Shown in pieces: positions 14,157-28,028 of a stretch of DNA of 64,000 nucleotides (positions within the stretch are counted from its first letter, which is position 1; each line of letters begins with the position of its first letter). The notes beneath the pieces are model-generated. The model did not search any database, had not been told where the DNA came from, and was given only the letters and a program-made list of their open reading frames with translations. The translations under genes and the position numbers were made by a program. Origin of the DNA: Octopus vulgaris. Taxonomy: Eukaryota. The DNA lies in the NCBI GenBank assembly GCA_951406725.2, contig OX597818.1, positions 100,998,001 through 101,062,000 on the forward strand, read 5' to 3'.

Positions 14157-14350
14157 TTGACCGCGTGCGTATCGTTGGCGATTTTCTTCCCTTCCTTGCA
14201 AACTTTCCTTTTTATATGGTACCGACGAAGTGCTCCGCTCGAAAAGTTAAAACCGCTTTGTTTCTTTACTTTCCTGAGGGTCCAATAACACTATACTTAT
14301 TCCACGTCCTCGCATTATGTTTTCTCTTTGTTTATGTTTGGATTAACTAT
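14150..14350 (+). repeat. Short interspersed repeat (probable PLE pLTR remnant) with a degenerate hammerhead-like motif at ~14217-14254
   Basis: CCGACGA-A-GTGC tcc GCTC-GAAA-AGTT; related to the 52502-52536 minus-strand motif. Confidence 0.5.
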
Positions 14351-14364
14351 ATATATTTTTTTAT

Positions 14365-14645
14365 ATGCGCCTTTTTCATGTCTAGCCAGGTTCATGGGTT
14401 TCCCGGTTTCTATGGCGTATGTGTTTTCCCCTAGCTGGACGGGACGCTAGTCCATCGCAGCGTTACTCAAGAAACAGGAGGAAAGAGTGAGAGAAAGTTG
14501 GGCCGAAAGAATACAACAGGGGTCGCCACCACCCCCTTCCGGAGCCTCGTCGAGCTTTAGGTGTTTTCGCTCAATAAACACACACAACGCCCGGTCTGGG
14601 AATTGAAACCGCGAGTCCGCTCCCCTAGCAACTGGGCTTTGCGGA
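14365..14645 (-). mobile_element. tRNA-derived SINE, family B
   Basis: Reverse-complement homologue of 24177-24480 (ttgagcgaaaacacctaaagctc; gcgatggactagcgtcccgtccag; atagaaaccgggaaac). Confidence 0.8.
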
Positions 14646-15081
14646 TCCACACACACACACACACACACACTTACACACACACGCACACACACACACACAC
14701 GCACACACACATATATATAAAATATTAGAAAAAACACCTTTTATCAATTCAAAATGAATAATTAAATTACACCATCTAGAAAATTACATATAATAGAAAA
14801 GTTAAAATTAAAATAACAATTAAAAAGTAACGATTAAGTAAATTACAAAAATAATATAATGTATATAATAGGTGTGGAATTTGATTTAGTATTTCAAATT
14901 CTTTTTCCTTGTAAGTTTGGATTATATTCCCTCAAATAATAATTATATATATATATATATATATGCTCACAAGAGATATTTATAATATAAAATTGACATA
15001 GAATTAACTTATTGAAATGAGAATAACTGCAGGTCTGAAAAATATATAAATGTATATGTACGCACACACAGACACTCACAC

Positions 15082-15172
<91 letters not shown>

Positions 15173-18100
15173 TGTGTATGTGAGTTTGTGTGTGGGTGTC
15201 TGTGTGTTCATCTGTGTGTGATCCATCTCTAAATATAGTTTCATGGCTGCTCATTTTGGTTCAATTGAGACAAAATTTCGATTATTGAAACTTAGTAACT
15301 ACTTGAAAATAGGAAGAAATAAGTGCTGAAATGATATATATATATACATATAATTGCATTCCTTTCCATTACGTTTCCGATTTTTTAAATATATTTTATC
15401 AATTTCATTATTGCCCCATCTATAGCCGATGCCATGTATATTCTATCATTGGGATTCTTTTAATTAAATAACCCATATCAACGCATGGATATTTACACAT
15501 ATTGTGAAGCCTAATAATTCGACTCCTCTACACGTAAGTTTTAATGAGACATATGAATGTTCATTATGCAATAACATCCCATTTACAGGTGTAGTTAAAA
15601 AAATAAATGAAAGAACAGAAATTCTGTAACGGTGATCCTTTGCATATTCCACATGTAAAATGTTGATTTCCTGAAAATACCTTTCAGTTTTCAAGACTGA
15701 ACACAAATCATAACATTATAATGACTAACCTTGGTGTATAGATATACTTTCAGTTTACTTTTCTATGGAAAATAGGTTGTGTTTGAACAGCAGGAGGACA
15801 AATGAATATGTTTAAGAGGTGACAATAATAATAAATATTTGCATTGTTGAATCCGCAAGCTGGCAGTCAATATCGGTAAAATAATAATGAAGATATTCAG
15901 CCTAAAACAAGCAAACATAGATTGTCTTCTACGAGTACTGTTGATACAATTCTGACAATTTAGAAAAGTGATGTCTTATTTAACGATCGGTTTATCCAAA
16001 TATTCTATTGGCCATGTCAAGACCGAAGGAAAACAAAGAAATGCCCTTGAATAATAATACAGCATTGAAAGACATCGCTTTTAATGGAATTATGCTTGGC
16101 GTTATGGGTAGAGGATGTGATAAGTCGGTATTATATGGAGACATATAAGAGAGGTGAACGTAGAAATATCTATAAAGGGAAGATGAAAAAGTGAATGGGT
16201 GAGTGAGAGGTTTAGGAAGATTTATGGATGTGGCAGTTTTTGAAAATACGAAATAGACAATAGGAATTGTGTATATAAGTGCGTATAAGCGTGTGTCGGT
16301 TCCTGAGTGCGACAGCTAAACAGGAGGTGGATTGAAGCAAATATAATGACTGATTGAAAACAATGCCAACCTCTAGCAATTGATCCTTACCGACAGACAA
16401 TCAAATTTGATGCAAAGAATACATCTTAGAGTAAACAATAATTTGTTCATAGGTCAGATTACATTCGCGAAAGGTGGTCGAGGTCTATTTGCCTCGTCGT
16501 TAATGAGATAATTTTACACTTGAGACCTACGAAACAAAATCTCACAAAGAAATAAAAAATCGACCTTTTCACGAAAATTTGTTTCAAAATCTATATTGCG
16601 TAAATATCAATCTAACTCCGAATGATTTGTTTTCTACACACACTATGTAACATTGCATAAGTACACGCTGTCAATTACACTCATAGAGACAAATAAATAG
16701 ATAGATAGACAGATAGATAAGTAGGTGGAGAGAGAGAGTGTGTGTGAGTGAGAGAGAGGGCGAGTGGGAGAAAGGGAGTTAGAGATCGTAAGTGGTATGT
16801 ATACAGAAATGCACACATAGATATATGTGTTTCTGTGTTCATATTCCTGAGGGGAAATTATAGAAATATGCTGTGGTACATGAAGAACGTTAAAGTGTAT
16901 TATGAAGAAAAATACGTGTTGCATACACAATTGTTGAAGAGAAGGAAATCTATGAGAATTTCCAAATGTTCTTATTTTATACAAGATGGGAAACACTTGC
17001 GGCAAAAGAGAACAGATTAATTTTGTGCTTAGAAAGAAACTGATGTTTAGGCTGTTTACGGCTATGTTTTTAATAAGGAGGCGTTGTAAAATGCCTACAA
17101 TTTTTACATTTGTAATAAATGAAAGTGCACAATATTTAAATAATATTCTTTGATTGGCTTCATTATATATTCGTTCAACGAAAAAATGTTTCCAGTCATA
17201 ATATGAAGACATCTATTTTCTATTCCCCGTAAAACAGTAACAATAATATCTGAATTCATCGCGCACCGAAAGAATAAAACTTATGCACTGTATAATATAT
17301 ATGTATGGTATATTATTGGTTATTGTTGCAGAAAACCGCTTCTTCAACGTGTAAGAAAGCCTTCGGCAGCTCAGAACTTTTAGATTTAGAATACAAGGGA
17401 TTAAATTCATTATAATTAAGGACAGGAGATTAGACTGCAGAAAGAACAAATCCGTGACGATTACTTTATCCAATACTGGTTATAGAAGGATTATTGCAAT
17501 TAATTTCAAGATGAATCTACAGTTTCTAGTAAAATATGTTAGGGAGACTCCCGTTGACTAACAGATGCATTATAGGCAGAATATTTCGTCTTCAGAAATA
17601 TGGTGAAAGGAATTAATATTTTTTTTCTGAGTGCTTGCTCGATGAATTAATAAAAATTTCAGCCCTGTAATGAGAGGAAAAACTACTTCACAAAGTAAGT
17701 TCTCTGGAGGACTTTCTTGACTAAAGCCAACTGTGGTTACGATCTAAAGGAAGAAACAAACTGAATATAAAACATAAACGATAACAGATGATCGAGAAAA
17801 TTGATTTGATACATCGATGGTGAAATTCGTCCTTGAATATATTTCTACAAGAAGATTGGGAAAGAAGTTAATGACTGCATTTTGCTTTATCAATATTAGT
17901 GAGTTTGTAAGCTAAGTACAGTTATTCATTATTTTGCTTCAACAGAAGATTATCGGAAGAACAAGATGACTTGCTTAACGGCAAAAATGTTCCATTGAGT
18001 ACGACAAAGAAAGCTGAAGCAAAAATAAATATCCATGATACTTTGTTTTACCGCCAAATATGTGTAATACGTACAAACTTACACACATGCACACACACAC

Positions 18101-18978
18101 ATATATTTACAGATGTATATTTATTCATATGTATATATGAGTGTACGTACGTGTGTATGTGATGTGGGCGTGGACAAAATTTCAAATAAATTATCTGAAG
18201 AATTATGGTCGCCTAAGTTTTAAACTACCCGGCTTTTTGAAATTTTTTTATAAAATTCAAAGAAGTTATGGAGCTTCTCAAAGCTGTTCAGATGTTATAC
18301 AAACACATGAATATATGCATATGTGTAAACATGTATATATTTATATTATATATACATAGAGAATGAGTGGAAGCGATGTATAGACAAACCAGAGACACAA
18401 GGCAAATGAGTATACAAGGTGAAAGAATATTACCTTAGTATTCTCTTAGTATACTAGAATATTCCTTAATATTCTCTTAGTGAGATAATAATGATTGAGG
18501 ATATATATTATGAGCCATAGAATATACACAGTTTAATATGTAATTAAACTGCGTATTTTATGAAGTTAATGTGAGTAAAAATGTGCCTGATGGAAGAAGT
18601 GAGAGAGAGCGAAAGAATAACCAAAATAAAAGTAGTCTACATGGATGTTGGGAAAATAAGAAAAGAAAAATTAAAATAAGAAAATACTTCCAATAATATG
18701 AATGGAAAGAGGTAGGAGGGAGTAAATATATATTTTGATAAATGTTGAGAGTAAGTAGCAGATAAAAGTGATGGAATAGACATGGCTACTCTCAGAAAAC
18801 AATTCAGAATACCTCTACCAATATTGACATAATATGAGCTAGTAGTTCCAGATATAGCACTATAGCACGGTTTGAAGTTTCTGCCTACTGACATCAAATC
18901 AAAAGTCAGAGACGTATAACAAAGTGTGTGTATGTATGTATGTATGTATGTATGTATGTATGTATGTATGTATGTATG

Positions 18979-19060
<82 letters not shown>

Positions 19061-19559
19061 TACGCATATGTATACATATATATCATGAATATGATTTCTC
19101 TAAATTTAGCAATGTATCTGCGGTTCATATCATTAAAAAGAATTGATTCTCCTGTTATATTCGTCTCTCTTGTGACAGACTAAACTGCTTTAATTTGATA
19201 CTTTGTATTTTCTTTCTGAAACAGCATCAAAATATATCCGATACTAATTTTAACAAGCAATATGAGTTGTTGGATGTTAGTATATGCCATAGCAAGAAAT
19301 ATAATTACAGATGTTCCTTTCTTTTCTTTTCCTTTTTTTTACCCTGATTTTACGTAGGCGTGCATTTGATCGGCAAAAAGATGTTCCTTTAATTCATACT
19401 GAAATTATGCATATTTAAAAATATTTTAGGTCAGTTATTATTTTTCCTTGTAATTTTATATTTTCAATTTCACGGCTTTATTGCTCCTTCAAAGTAGCAT
19501 AAATTATCTTATAGTTATTAACTCATCTGGTCACATATGATAACAGCATAAGATACAAT

Positions 19560-19762
19560 ACATTGGTCTCAAATTTTGGTATATGACCAGTAATTTCAGG
19601 GAAAGGAGTAAGTCGATCACATCGTTTCCAGCGATCAACTAATACTTATTTCATCGACCCCGAAATTATGAAAATCAATTTGAACTCAGAAATTTGAACA
19701 TATCGGAAGAAGTGCCGCTAAGCATTCGACCAGCGTGCTAAGAATTCTGTATTGCTCGCTAC
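19560..19762 (-). mobile_element. tRNA-derived SINE, family C (diverged)
   Basis: aagtcgatcacatcg...atcgaccccgaaa...tttgaactcagaa...ctaagcatt, shared with 23325-23752. Confidence 0.7.
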
Positions 19763-21204
19763 CTTGATACGGTATTTATTGCCATAAATAAAATATTAAA
19801 CAAATTGAAATTACAACATTTGAATTAATTCTAAACGGCGAATTTAGAATTTAGGGCCTCATTGCCTTGCCTAATTCCCTTTCCTATAGCTTTGCTTATT
19901 TACGTAGTGTGTTGTGATTATATCATAGACCGTATATATTAGAAATCAGTTTGGATAAGTAAATATATAAACACCCTAATGGAAATGTCCTTAACTATAT
20001 CTCTGCCAGGAACGAAACATGTTTGAGAAAACGGATCTTACATTCCCATAGGCGATATAGTCTGGATATACTTTCAACAAAATCTATAGAAACCAGTACA
20101 GGGTAGCTATTTTATTTGATAAAGGCAAAAAAAGAAAAGAAATAAGGCTATCGATGCTATTTAATTGAAAAATAAATTCACATGATTCAAGTGATTCAAT
20201 TATGTGTCATAGTCGCATTCTTGTCACGTAATAACATTCAATTACTCTGATTGATAGGATGGTTAAATCCTGAGCTGAGCTGTCTGACGTTTTCAAGGAA
20301 TGTCAACATAATTTTCAAAATGCTCCCAAGCCACAGCACTTCATTTTAATTACTGTCATTCTTATATTTATACTCAGCAATCAAAGAAAACGCTTGTGCT
20401 GTAAAACACTCGACACAGTGATGACTTTAGAGAGAAATAAAGCCTGAAAATTTAAGCTTTTGGTATACAAGCTTAGTGAATAGCACCAACATCTAGTAAA
20501 CATACTTAAACTAATCATAGATTTGATTACGTCATCAAAGTTTCCTAAACGGAGTGAAAAACCGTAGGTAAAATATGGGCAAGCAATGCTTAAAAAAGGA
20601 GTATACTAGAATTTGCTCGATGAAAGTCACTTTTCTAAACATGAACGGTATTGTAGATGTATACACATAGACAAATGTACGTAAACGAAATATTTTTTAA
20701 GCAGCAAAATAATTGAAACTTAACAACACAGAACATATTTTTTATGTACTGGTTACTATTATAGTTTAGTTCTTACTTATTTCAGTCATTAGATTGCGGC
20801 CATGATGGGGAGCCACGTGGAAGGTTTTCGTCGAAGGAATCAATCATATTATATTTAAATCTTGATACAGTGGATTTATTTCACTAGAATTCTTATATGT
20901 TTACAAAGGCTAGACAGACATCTTCAACTAGCAGGCAATGCTACTCCAGACTGATGACCAGCAAACACTCAGAAACTCGTCTCCTGGTGCAGGCTTAGCT
21001 GGGTGGTGGTGCTTGTCTCCCCTTTGTAAACATAAGAGCACAGGAAATGTGTCAAGGCCGACAAGAAAGCGTTGATGCTTCCTAGAGCTAAATAGTAGTG
21101 GTGTAATTCCCTTCATGGGACTGTCACATTAAGTTGACAGTATACAACTACTCTATCGTACCACTACTGCTTATATCACTCTGAGATATTTAGAAATGTA
21201 ATAT

Positions 21205-21530
21205 TCCTATATTATGATCTTCTTGTCGAAAAGCTAAGTTGCTGGAACCTAAACAAAACAACGCCGTTTGCCAAGCGGGAGGCGTGGTGCTCAAACCCAT
21301 GTACATGTACACAAACAAACACACACAAAAATACGCGCCTATGCCTTGAGATATATATGTGTGTGCTTGTGTGTATGTCTGTGTATATGATGGGATGATT
21401 TCAGTTTCCTTTGTCTAAATCTGCCCACTCACAATCATTTCGGTGGTCTGGTCTATAGTAGAGGACACTCCTTCAAATCTCCAGACAGTGGGATTGAGCC
21501 CGGAACCACGCAGCCTCGCCTCTGCCTATT
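21205..21530 (-). mobile_element. tRNA-derived SINE, family A (diverged)
   Basis: ttcagtttcc...actcacaa...ctatagtagaggacact...cagtgggattgagcccggaacc. Confidence 0.6.
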
Positions 21531-21720
21531 AAATAACTTTCTTATATATAAAAATTAGGTTTCTATTTGAAATGAAAGCAATCTGATTCGGATATGAGAT
21601 TAAGCAAAAGATAAAATGTGTCATATAACTTCAGTCATTACACAGTTTTGAAGTTCAACACAATTTTATGCAATAACCAAACAAGTTTTCCTAGATGCTA
21701 AATAAAATGTAGCAAATCTT

Positions 21721-21827
<107 letters not shown>

Positions 21828-22351
21828 TAGATAGATATATATAACAACGTACAGTATTTACCTGACGAGATGTAATGAAGTAACGCAAAGTTTTCAGAAC
21901 ATCAACATTTGCAGGTAGAGAATTTATTCAAGGAAATGAAAACTAGCAATGGAGCCGAAAGGAAGAAAAATCTATCTTGTGTCTACTGTAAAAAATAAAT
22001 AAGTAAAATTAAGAAATATTCAGAAAATGAAAATTGCTAAGGGCAAAAAAAGAGGAAATGAAATAATTCTACTGAAAAATATTTACTTTGGAAAACTGAA
22101 GGCATGCAATATACTTAGGTTAAAATAATAATGTAAGTTCCAAAATATTTGTTACTTCCCTGGTTAAATCAGATTCAACTTTTAAAACAATGCCTTGATG
22201 ATAGATCTAAACAAATGTTGCATTAAATATCTTACATATTACGATAATTTCTCTGCGATTAACATTGTTCAGTGTATGGAGCAACGGTTAATATCTACCT
22301 TCTTTGGAAATTCTACATATCGTATATTATATTTAAGAATATACATGCAGA

Positions 22352-22414
<63 letters not shown>

Positions 22415-22416
<2 letters not shown>

Positions 22417-22830
22417 AAAGGGCTTAGTAAAATAAATTACTTTGCCACATACTGAACTCATTAGAAATAGTAGCTAAAAAAACTTTTTAAAACTATTTCT
22501 AATACTTAAAGAAAATCTCTCATATAGTGTTTGCTCAATTCAACTCACGAAAGTATGGGGGTAAAGACAATGCCTTGATGATAAATCAAATGCAAAAGTT
22601 ATTTGAGAACGTACGTTTCTAGATTAGTCAACTCGACATTTCTATCATCAGCTCAGAACTCCTTGGTTTGGATTTGAAAACACTGAAAGTGGGAGCATAC
22701 CCTTTCGGCTTCTTATCGCTTCTGAAGATCTGCTCGAAACTAACAGTGCCAGCAAACTCAAAATATGCAAGCTGAATACTTGGTGAAATTGATTAATAAT
22801 TAATTAATTTTACCCTCAATTGTTGAAATT
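22415..22830 (-). mobile_element. Hammerhead-bearing non-coding repeat related to 961-1456, bounded by (TA)n
   Basis: The terminus aaaagggc...tgccacatactgaa...ttagaaatag and the motif acaatgcctt are shared with 961-1456; hammerhead at 22604-22655. Confidence 0.7.
22604..22655 (-). ncRNA. Type I hammerhead ribozyme with canonical core
   Basis: Minus strand: TGAG-CTGATGA-TAGA aat GTCG agt TGAC taa TCTA-GAAA-CGTACG-TT-CTCA. Confidence 0.85.
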
Positions 22831-22911
22831 ATATATATATATATATATATAGCGAGAGAGAGAGAGATAGAGAGATAGAGAGAGAGAGACAGAGAGAGAT
22901 TCATTGGGTGA

Positions 22912-22961
<50 letters not shown>

Positions 22962-23324
22962 CAGAGAGAAAGAGAGAGAGAGAGAGAGCAGGAGAGAGAA
23001 AGTGGGGGGAAGAGAAAGAGATTCATTGAGAGAAGGCGAGGAAACCAAAGCAATCTAAATAGATAGATAGATAGATAGATAGATAGATCGTTCGGTCGGT
23101 CTCTCTTGAAGACGCCAGTTTGTTCGTCTGAGTTTAAGTATAAATGAATGCACCTGCTGCTATCGTCTCAGAGAAAGCATTTTCCTACTTACATTGTTCT
23201 TACAAGATTTACTTTCATATTTTGCAGAAATTTGAAATGCCTTTTATTTTTACGTATCTGCATCTCTCAGTATCTGTAAATTGCTAGTAAGATTTCTGTG
23301 ACAGTAATTGTATTTTCTAATATA

Positions 23325-23752
23325 CTTTTCTACTATATGCACAAGGCCTGACATTTTTGGGAATGGGGCCAGTCGATTAGATCGAAGTCAGTACACGACT
23401 GGTACTTAATTAATCGACCTCGACAGGATGAAAGGCAAAGTCGATCTCGGTGGAATTTGAACTCAGAAGGTAAAGACAGACGAAATAGCGCTAAGCATTC
23501 CGCCCGGCGTGCAAACGTTTCTCATTTCTTTATTGCCCACAAGGGGCTAAACATAGAGGGGAGAAACAAGGACAGACAACGAGATTAAGTCGATTACATC
23601 GATCCCAGTGCGTAATTAGTACTTAAATTATCGACCCCGAAAGGATGAAATGCAATGTCGACCTCGGCGGAATTTGAACTCAGAACGTAAAAGCAGATGA
23701 AATACCTCTAAGCATTTCGCCCGGCGTTTTACCGTTTCTGCCAGCTCGCCGC
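23325..23752 (-). mobile_element. Tandem pair of family C tRNA-derived SINEs with different 3' tails
   Basis: The body atcgacc..gaaaggatgaaa..gtcgacctcggcggaatttgaactcagaa occurs twice. It includes a B-box-like GAGTTCAAATTCC on the minus strand and the head gcggcgagctggcagaa. Confidence 0.8.
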
Positions 23753-24176
23753 TTTTGTGTTTACTAATATTATTATAGCAAGAAATCTATCGTACGTTGC
23801 TTGAAAAGCTAGAAGACACTCCAGGTAACGGGTTATGGGTAAAAATACATTGTTAGTAGTAGACAGTTGTAGGAACGTAAAAGAAATTACAAAGTATAGA
23901 GGTGAAACCTAGTTTTAGTTGTTTATCTCTTCCTCGTGTAAAAAGAATGCAGCGGCATGCTGAGAAACCGCCTTAAAATATTTAGTCGAACAAATCGGAA
24001 ACAATTCTCTTTACGTATTCGATTTATTTCTTTTGTAGGATACGGACAAAAATACACTCACAGACACACAGATACACTCGTACGCGTATATATGACAGTT
24101 TGTTTTCGGCGTTACAAATTCACATGAATATGAAAACGTGCGGGGTCGCTTTTATATTTTGCACCAGATTTATTGT

Positions 24177-24480
24177 GGAGGCGCAATGGCACAGTGGTTA
24201 TGGCAACGGATATAGCGATCAGAGGATGGTGGTTTCGATTCCCAGACCGAGCGTTGTGTGTTATTGAGCGAAAACACCTAAAAGCTCCACGAGGCTCCAG
24301 CAGTGGATGGTGGCGACCCCTGTTATACTACTTCGCCCGAAATTTCTATCACTCTTTCTTCATGTTTCTTGAGTAAAGCTGCGATGGACTGGTGTCCTGT
24401 CCAACCGGGGGAAACACTTACTCCATAGAAACCGGGAAACCGGGCCCGTGCTCCTGGCTTGGCTTGAAAAGGGCGTATAT
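24177..24480 (+). mobile_element. tRNA-derived SINE, family B
   Basis: A box TGGCACAGTGG and B box GGTTTCGATTCC; homologous to 14365-14645. Confidence 0.8.
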
Positions 24481-24754
24481 AAAAAATATTAGATTTATTG
24501 CAATACCAAACAGATTTCCATACGTTTTGCTTAACAATTGTAGTTAATAAAGTTAAAGAAATATTTTGGTAGAGGTCGAATTTACAAGGGAAAATACAGA
24601 AAAAAATATGCTAAACGATGAAATGTTCTTACAAATTCCAACATTCGATTTTCAAAGAAATACAGAGATAGACAACAATTCAAGTTCGAATGCTCGACGA
24701 ATTCCATTATAAAAGTACAATGATATTGTTTTTTTTATTATTAACGAAGGCTCT

Positions 24755-25966
24755 CTCATCTTTTCTCCTTTGCTCCAAAAGAACCAAAATGGATCCAGAC
24801 ATGGGCGCTCAACGCTGAGCCAGATACTATGCCTACGCAGACTTAATGAAGAATCAAAAGCATTTAATCGCGATCTTGCAATGGTGTTTGTAGACTTTTC
24901 TAAAGCGTTCGACTCTGTAGATAGGTACAAGATGTTTGAAATCCTTAAGCTCTATGGGATACCAGACAAAATCATTTCTGCCATCAAGGTCCTCTACACA
25001 GATACGTCTTCAACTATCTTAACCCCTGACGGAGAAACATCATCGTTCTCAATCAAAGCCGTAATACTGCAGGGAGACACATTTCTTTTCATCATTGTCG
25101 TTGACTATGTGCTACGTATGTCAGTTGATACCATCTCTGGCAAGGGCTTTGAAATAAAATTAAGAAGAAGTTCCAGACACCCGGCTGAATACTTGACAGA
25201 CACTGACTTTGCTGGCGACATAGCTCTTATCAGTGATTCTCTCTGCAATGCCCAGTCACTTTTACAATCTCTCGAATAAGCCTCAAATTGTGTAGGTCTT
25301 TACCTCAATGAGGCCAAGACTGAATATATAAACAAGTGCCTGTCCAACAGTGATTGCATCATCCATACTCTCAACAATGCGCTCTTAAATATGTTTTCTG
25401 ATTACAAATATCTTTGGTCATACATATAATCATCTGGAAAAATTGTCTAACTAGAAAGGGTATGACCTGGTCAGCCTGTTATGAAATGCATAAGATCTGG
25501 TCTTCAAATCTAAGTAGAGACTTCAAACTTGAAATCTTCAAAGCCGCAGTCGAATCAATTCTACAATATGGCTCAGAAACCTGGACGTTATCAAAGAAGC
25601 TTGCGAAGTGGTTGGATGGAACCTACTCTAGCCTCCTTATGAGAGCTCAAAATCTCTCGTGGAGGCCTCATCCAACCAAAATGCAAATATATGGGAAACT
25701 ACCACTTGTATCATATCTTGTGAAAGGTAGGAGAGTCCACTTTGCTGCACATTGTTGTAGAGCTGAAAACGAGGCAATTTCTACTCTTCTCCTCTGGAAG
25801 CCATCTACTCGCAATACCAGAGGGCGCACACTCTCCTACCCTGATGTAATCTCCAGGGATACAGGCATCCAGCAACATGACCTCCGTAATGCCATGATGG
25901 ACCGTGAAGTCTGGCGTAGCATGGTAAATTCCATTGTCTCGACCACGGTCGAACAATGATGATGAT
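24755..25966 (+). mobile_element. 5'-truncated, decayed RTE-clade LINE (RT and C-terminus) with (TGA)n tail
   Basis: QNGSRHGRST..QI, FVDFSKAFDSV, ILQGD, TDFAGDIAL, LQYGSETWTL, RVHFAAHC; stops and frameshifts; ends gaacaatgatgatga. Confidence 0.9.
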
Positions 25967-26245
25967 TGTGGGAAAACATTTATTTTTCCCCTCTATGTAT
26001 ATGCACATGTATGTACGTATATATGTATGTATGTATATATGTATGTATGTATGTATATATGTATATACACATATGTGTGCGCGTGTGTGTGTGTGTGAGT
26101 CCCTCCTAGCGTGAGGCGTTTATATATAGTAATACCCTTAATATAAGTATATATTTAGGAGTAATAATTGATGGATCTTTCCCTTATGAGGTTTTTCACG
26201 CTAACCATTTGATATATACTCATAAAGAGTTCATACTAAGTTCCA

Positions 26246-26356
<111 letters not shown>

Positions 26357-26399
26357 GTGTATATTTAGAGTTCAAAGTACTAGATGGTTTATTTCCCTC

Positions 26400-26444
<45 letters not shown>

Positions 26445-26978
26445 TCACGTGCATATATGCATATGTGTGTGTGTGTGTGTCGAAGAAGTTTTGGTGTACC
26501 GGTGCTATATTATTAGAGATTTGCACCTGCCGTAGGTACCATGCATCGTTACTGGAAAGGGAACCATGTTGTTGATAAGAAAACGCCTTGCCTTACAACT
26601 ACACATGCGACTATGTTGAAAATTGAAACATCATATACAACCCAATGCCTACAAATACGGTGTATCTGTCACACGCTTATGGAGGTAGGTGGTGTATTTG
26701 TCTGATTTTACTTTCGCGTAAAAATCATTTCTGAATCTGATAATTTATTGCAATAGAGTTAATGTTAAAAATATCTCTAGTATAAGTAAAAAAAAATATT
26801 TCAAGAGACTGATTAATTTAACTAACAGGACTGACAAAATATCTACTAATTTGACGTAGAGTGCATTCAGATGTAAATGATCATTGTAAAGCAAGATTCT
26901 GAATCAAATGGAGACTCGCTGCACTCTTTGATGTATATTGCGTTCCGCACTGGAATTTTATACTGTAAATGTTTAAGT

Positions 26979-27019
<41 letters not shown>

Positions 27020-27380
27020 TAAAACGGTAAGATAACAAAAGAAAGAAAGAGACCTCAATATTATGTAAATAGAGGAAATTTCTGTTACGTTTTTGGTCCC
27101 CTAAAGAAAACAGAGAGAAAATGCTTTCTTTGTTATGTCCCAAGAAGGTTTTTTACCTCATCATACCTTCTATCATATATTTTTTATATATATTTTATGT
27201 ATAATTTTTATATATTTTTAATATATTTTTTATGTATTTTTATATAATTTTTATGGCGAAAAATGCGAGTGAAGATGTGTACGCTTACATAGCGATGTAT
27301 AAGTACGCAGGCAAGCAGAGTTATAACACAGTAATTTCCCTTTGTATAACGGTATTTTTTCATAGCGTTTTCAAATAGCC

Positions 27381-27443
27381 AGATAACCGAAGAGATGACG
27401 TTGTGGATTCCCACTTCGGCATCTGAAACTCAGAGTCTTATCT
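27381..27443 (+). ncRNA. Hammerhead-like motif (variant core) in a TA-flanked repeat spanning ~27015-27475
   Basis: AGATAA-CCGAAGA-GATG..GTGG attc CCAC..CATC-T-GAAA-CTCAGAG-TC-TTATCT: 6-bp stem I and GUC site, but U4C and one extra base in the core. Confidence 0.65.
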
Positions 27444-27468
27444 TGACTATCGAGTAACGTAACATATT

Positions 27469-27544
<76 letters not shown>

Positions 27545-27792
27545 TCATAAATTGTTATTGTACCCAACTGAATGAAGCCACGTGTACACATCAACATACA
27601 CACGCATATCTTCATGCGTTTACTTACACGCATATATACCTGTGCTTATATGTGTTACATACAGAACATAATCTAAATATATTTAGAGTGTGTTGGATCG
27701 GTCCGCAGTCAGGTTCAACCAATAAACGTGATGTGTTGGTGTGCAATTAGAAATAACCACATTGGGCAAAATCATTTTAGATAGATAAGCAT

Positions 27793-27948
27793 AGGCGCAG
27801 GAGTGGCTGTGTTGTAAGTAACTTGCTTACCAATCACATGGTTCAGTCCCACTGCGTGTTATCTTGGTCAAGTATCTTCTACTATAGCCTCGAGCCGACC
27901 AAATTCTTGTGAGTGGATTTGGTAGACAGAAACTGAAAGAAGCCATTC

Positions 27949-28028
<80 letters not shown>

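Noticed and set aside
20946-20987. CTGATGA...GAAACTCGTC hammerhead-like string
   Set aside because: The segment between the core halves (ccagcaaacactca) cannot form stem II, and stem I is imperfect.
22722-22745. CTGAAGA-tctgctc-GAAAC
   Set aside because: No stem II or stem III pairing.
24177-24250. Possible tRNA gene
   Set aside because: The A/B boxes continue into a repeated SINE body and I could not form a full cloverleaf.
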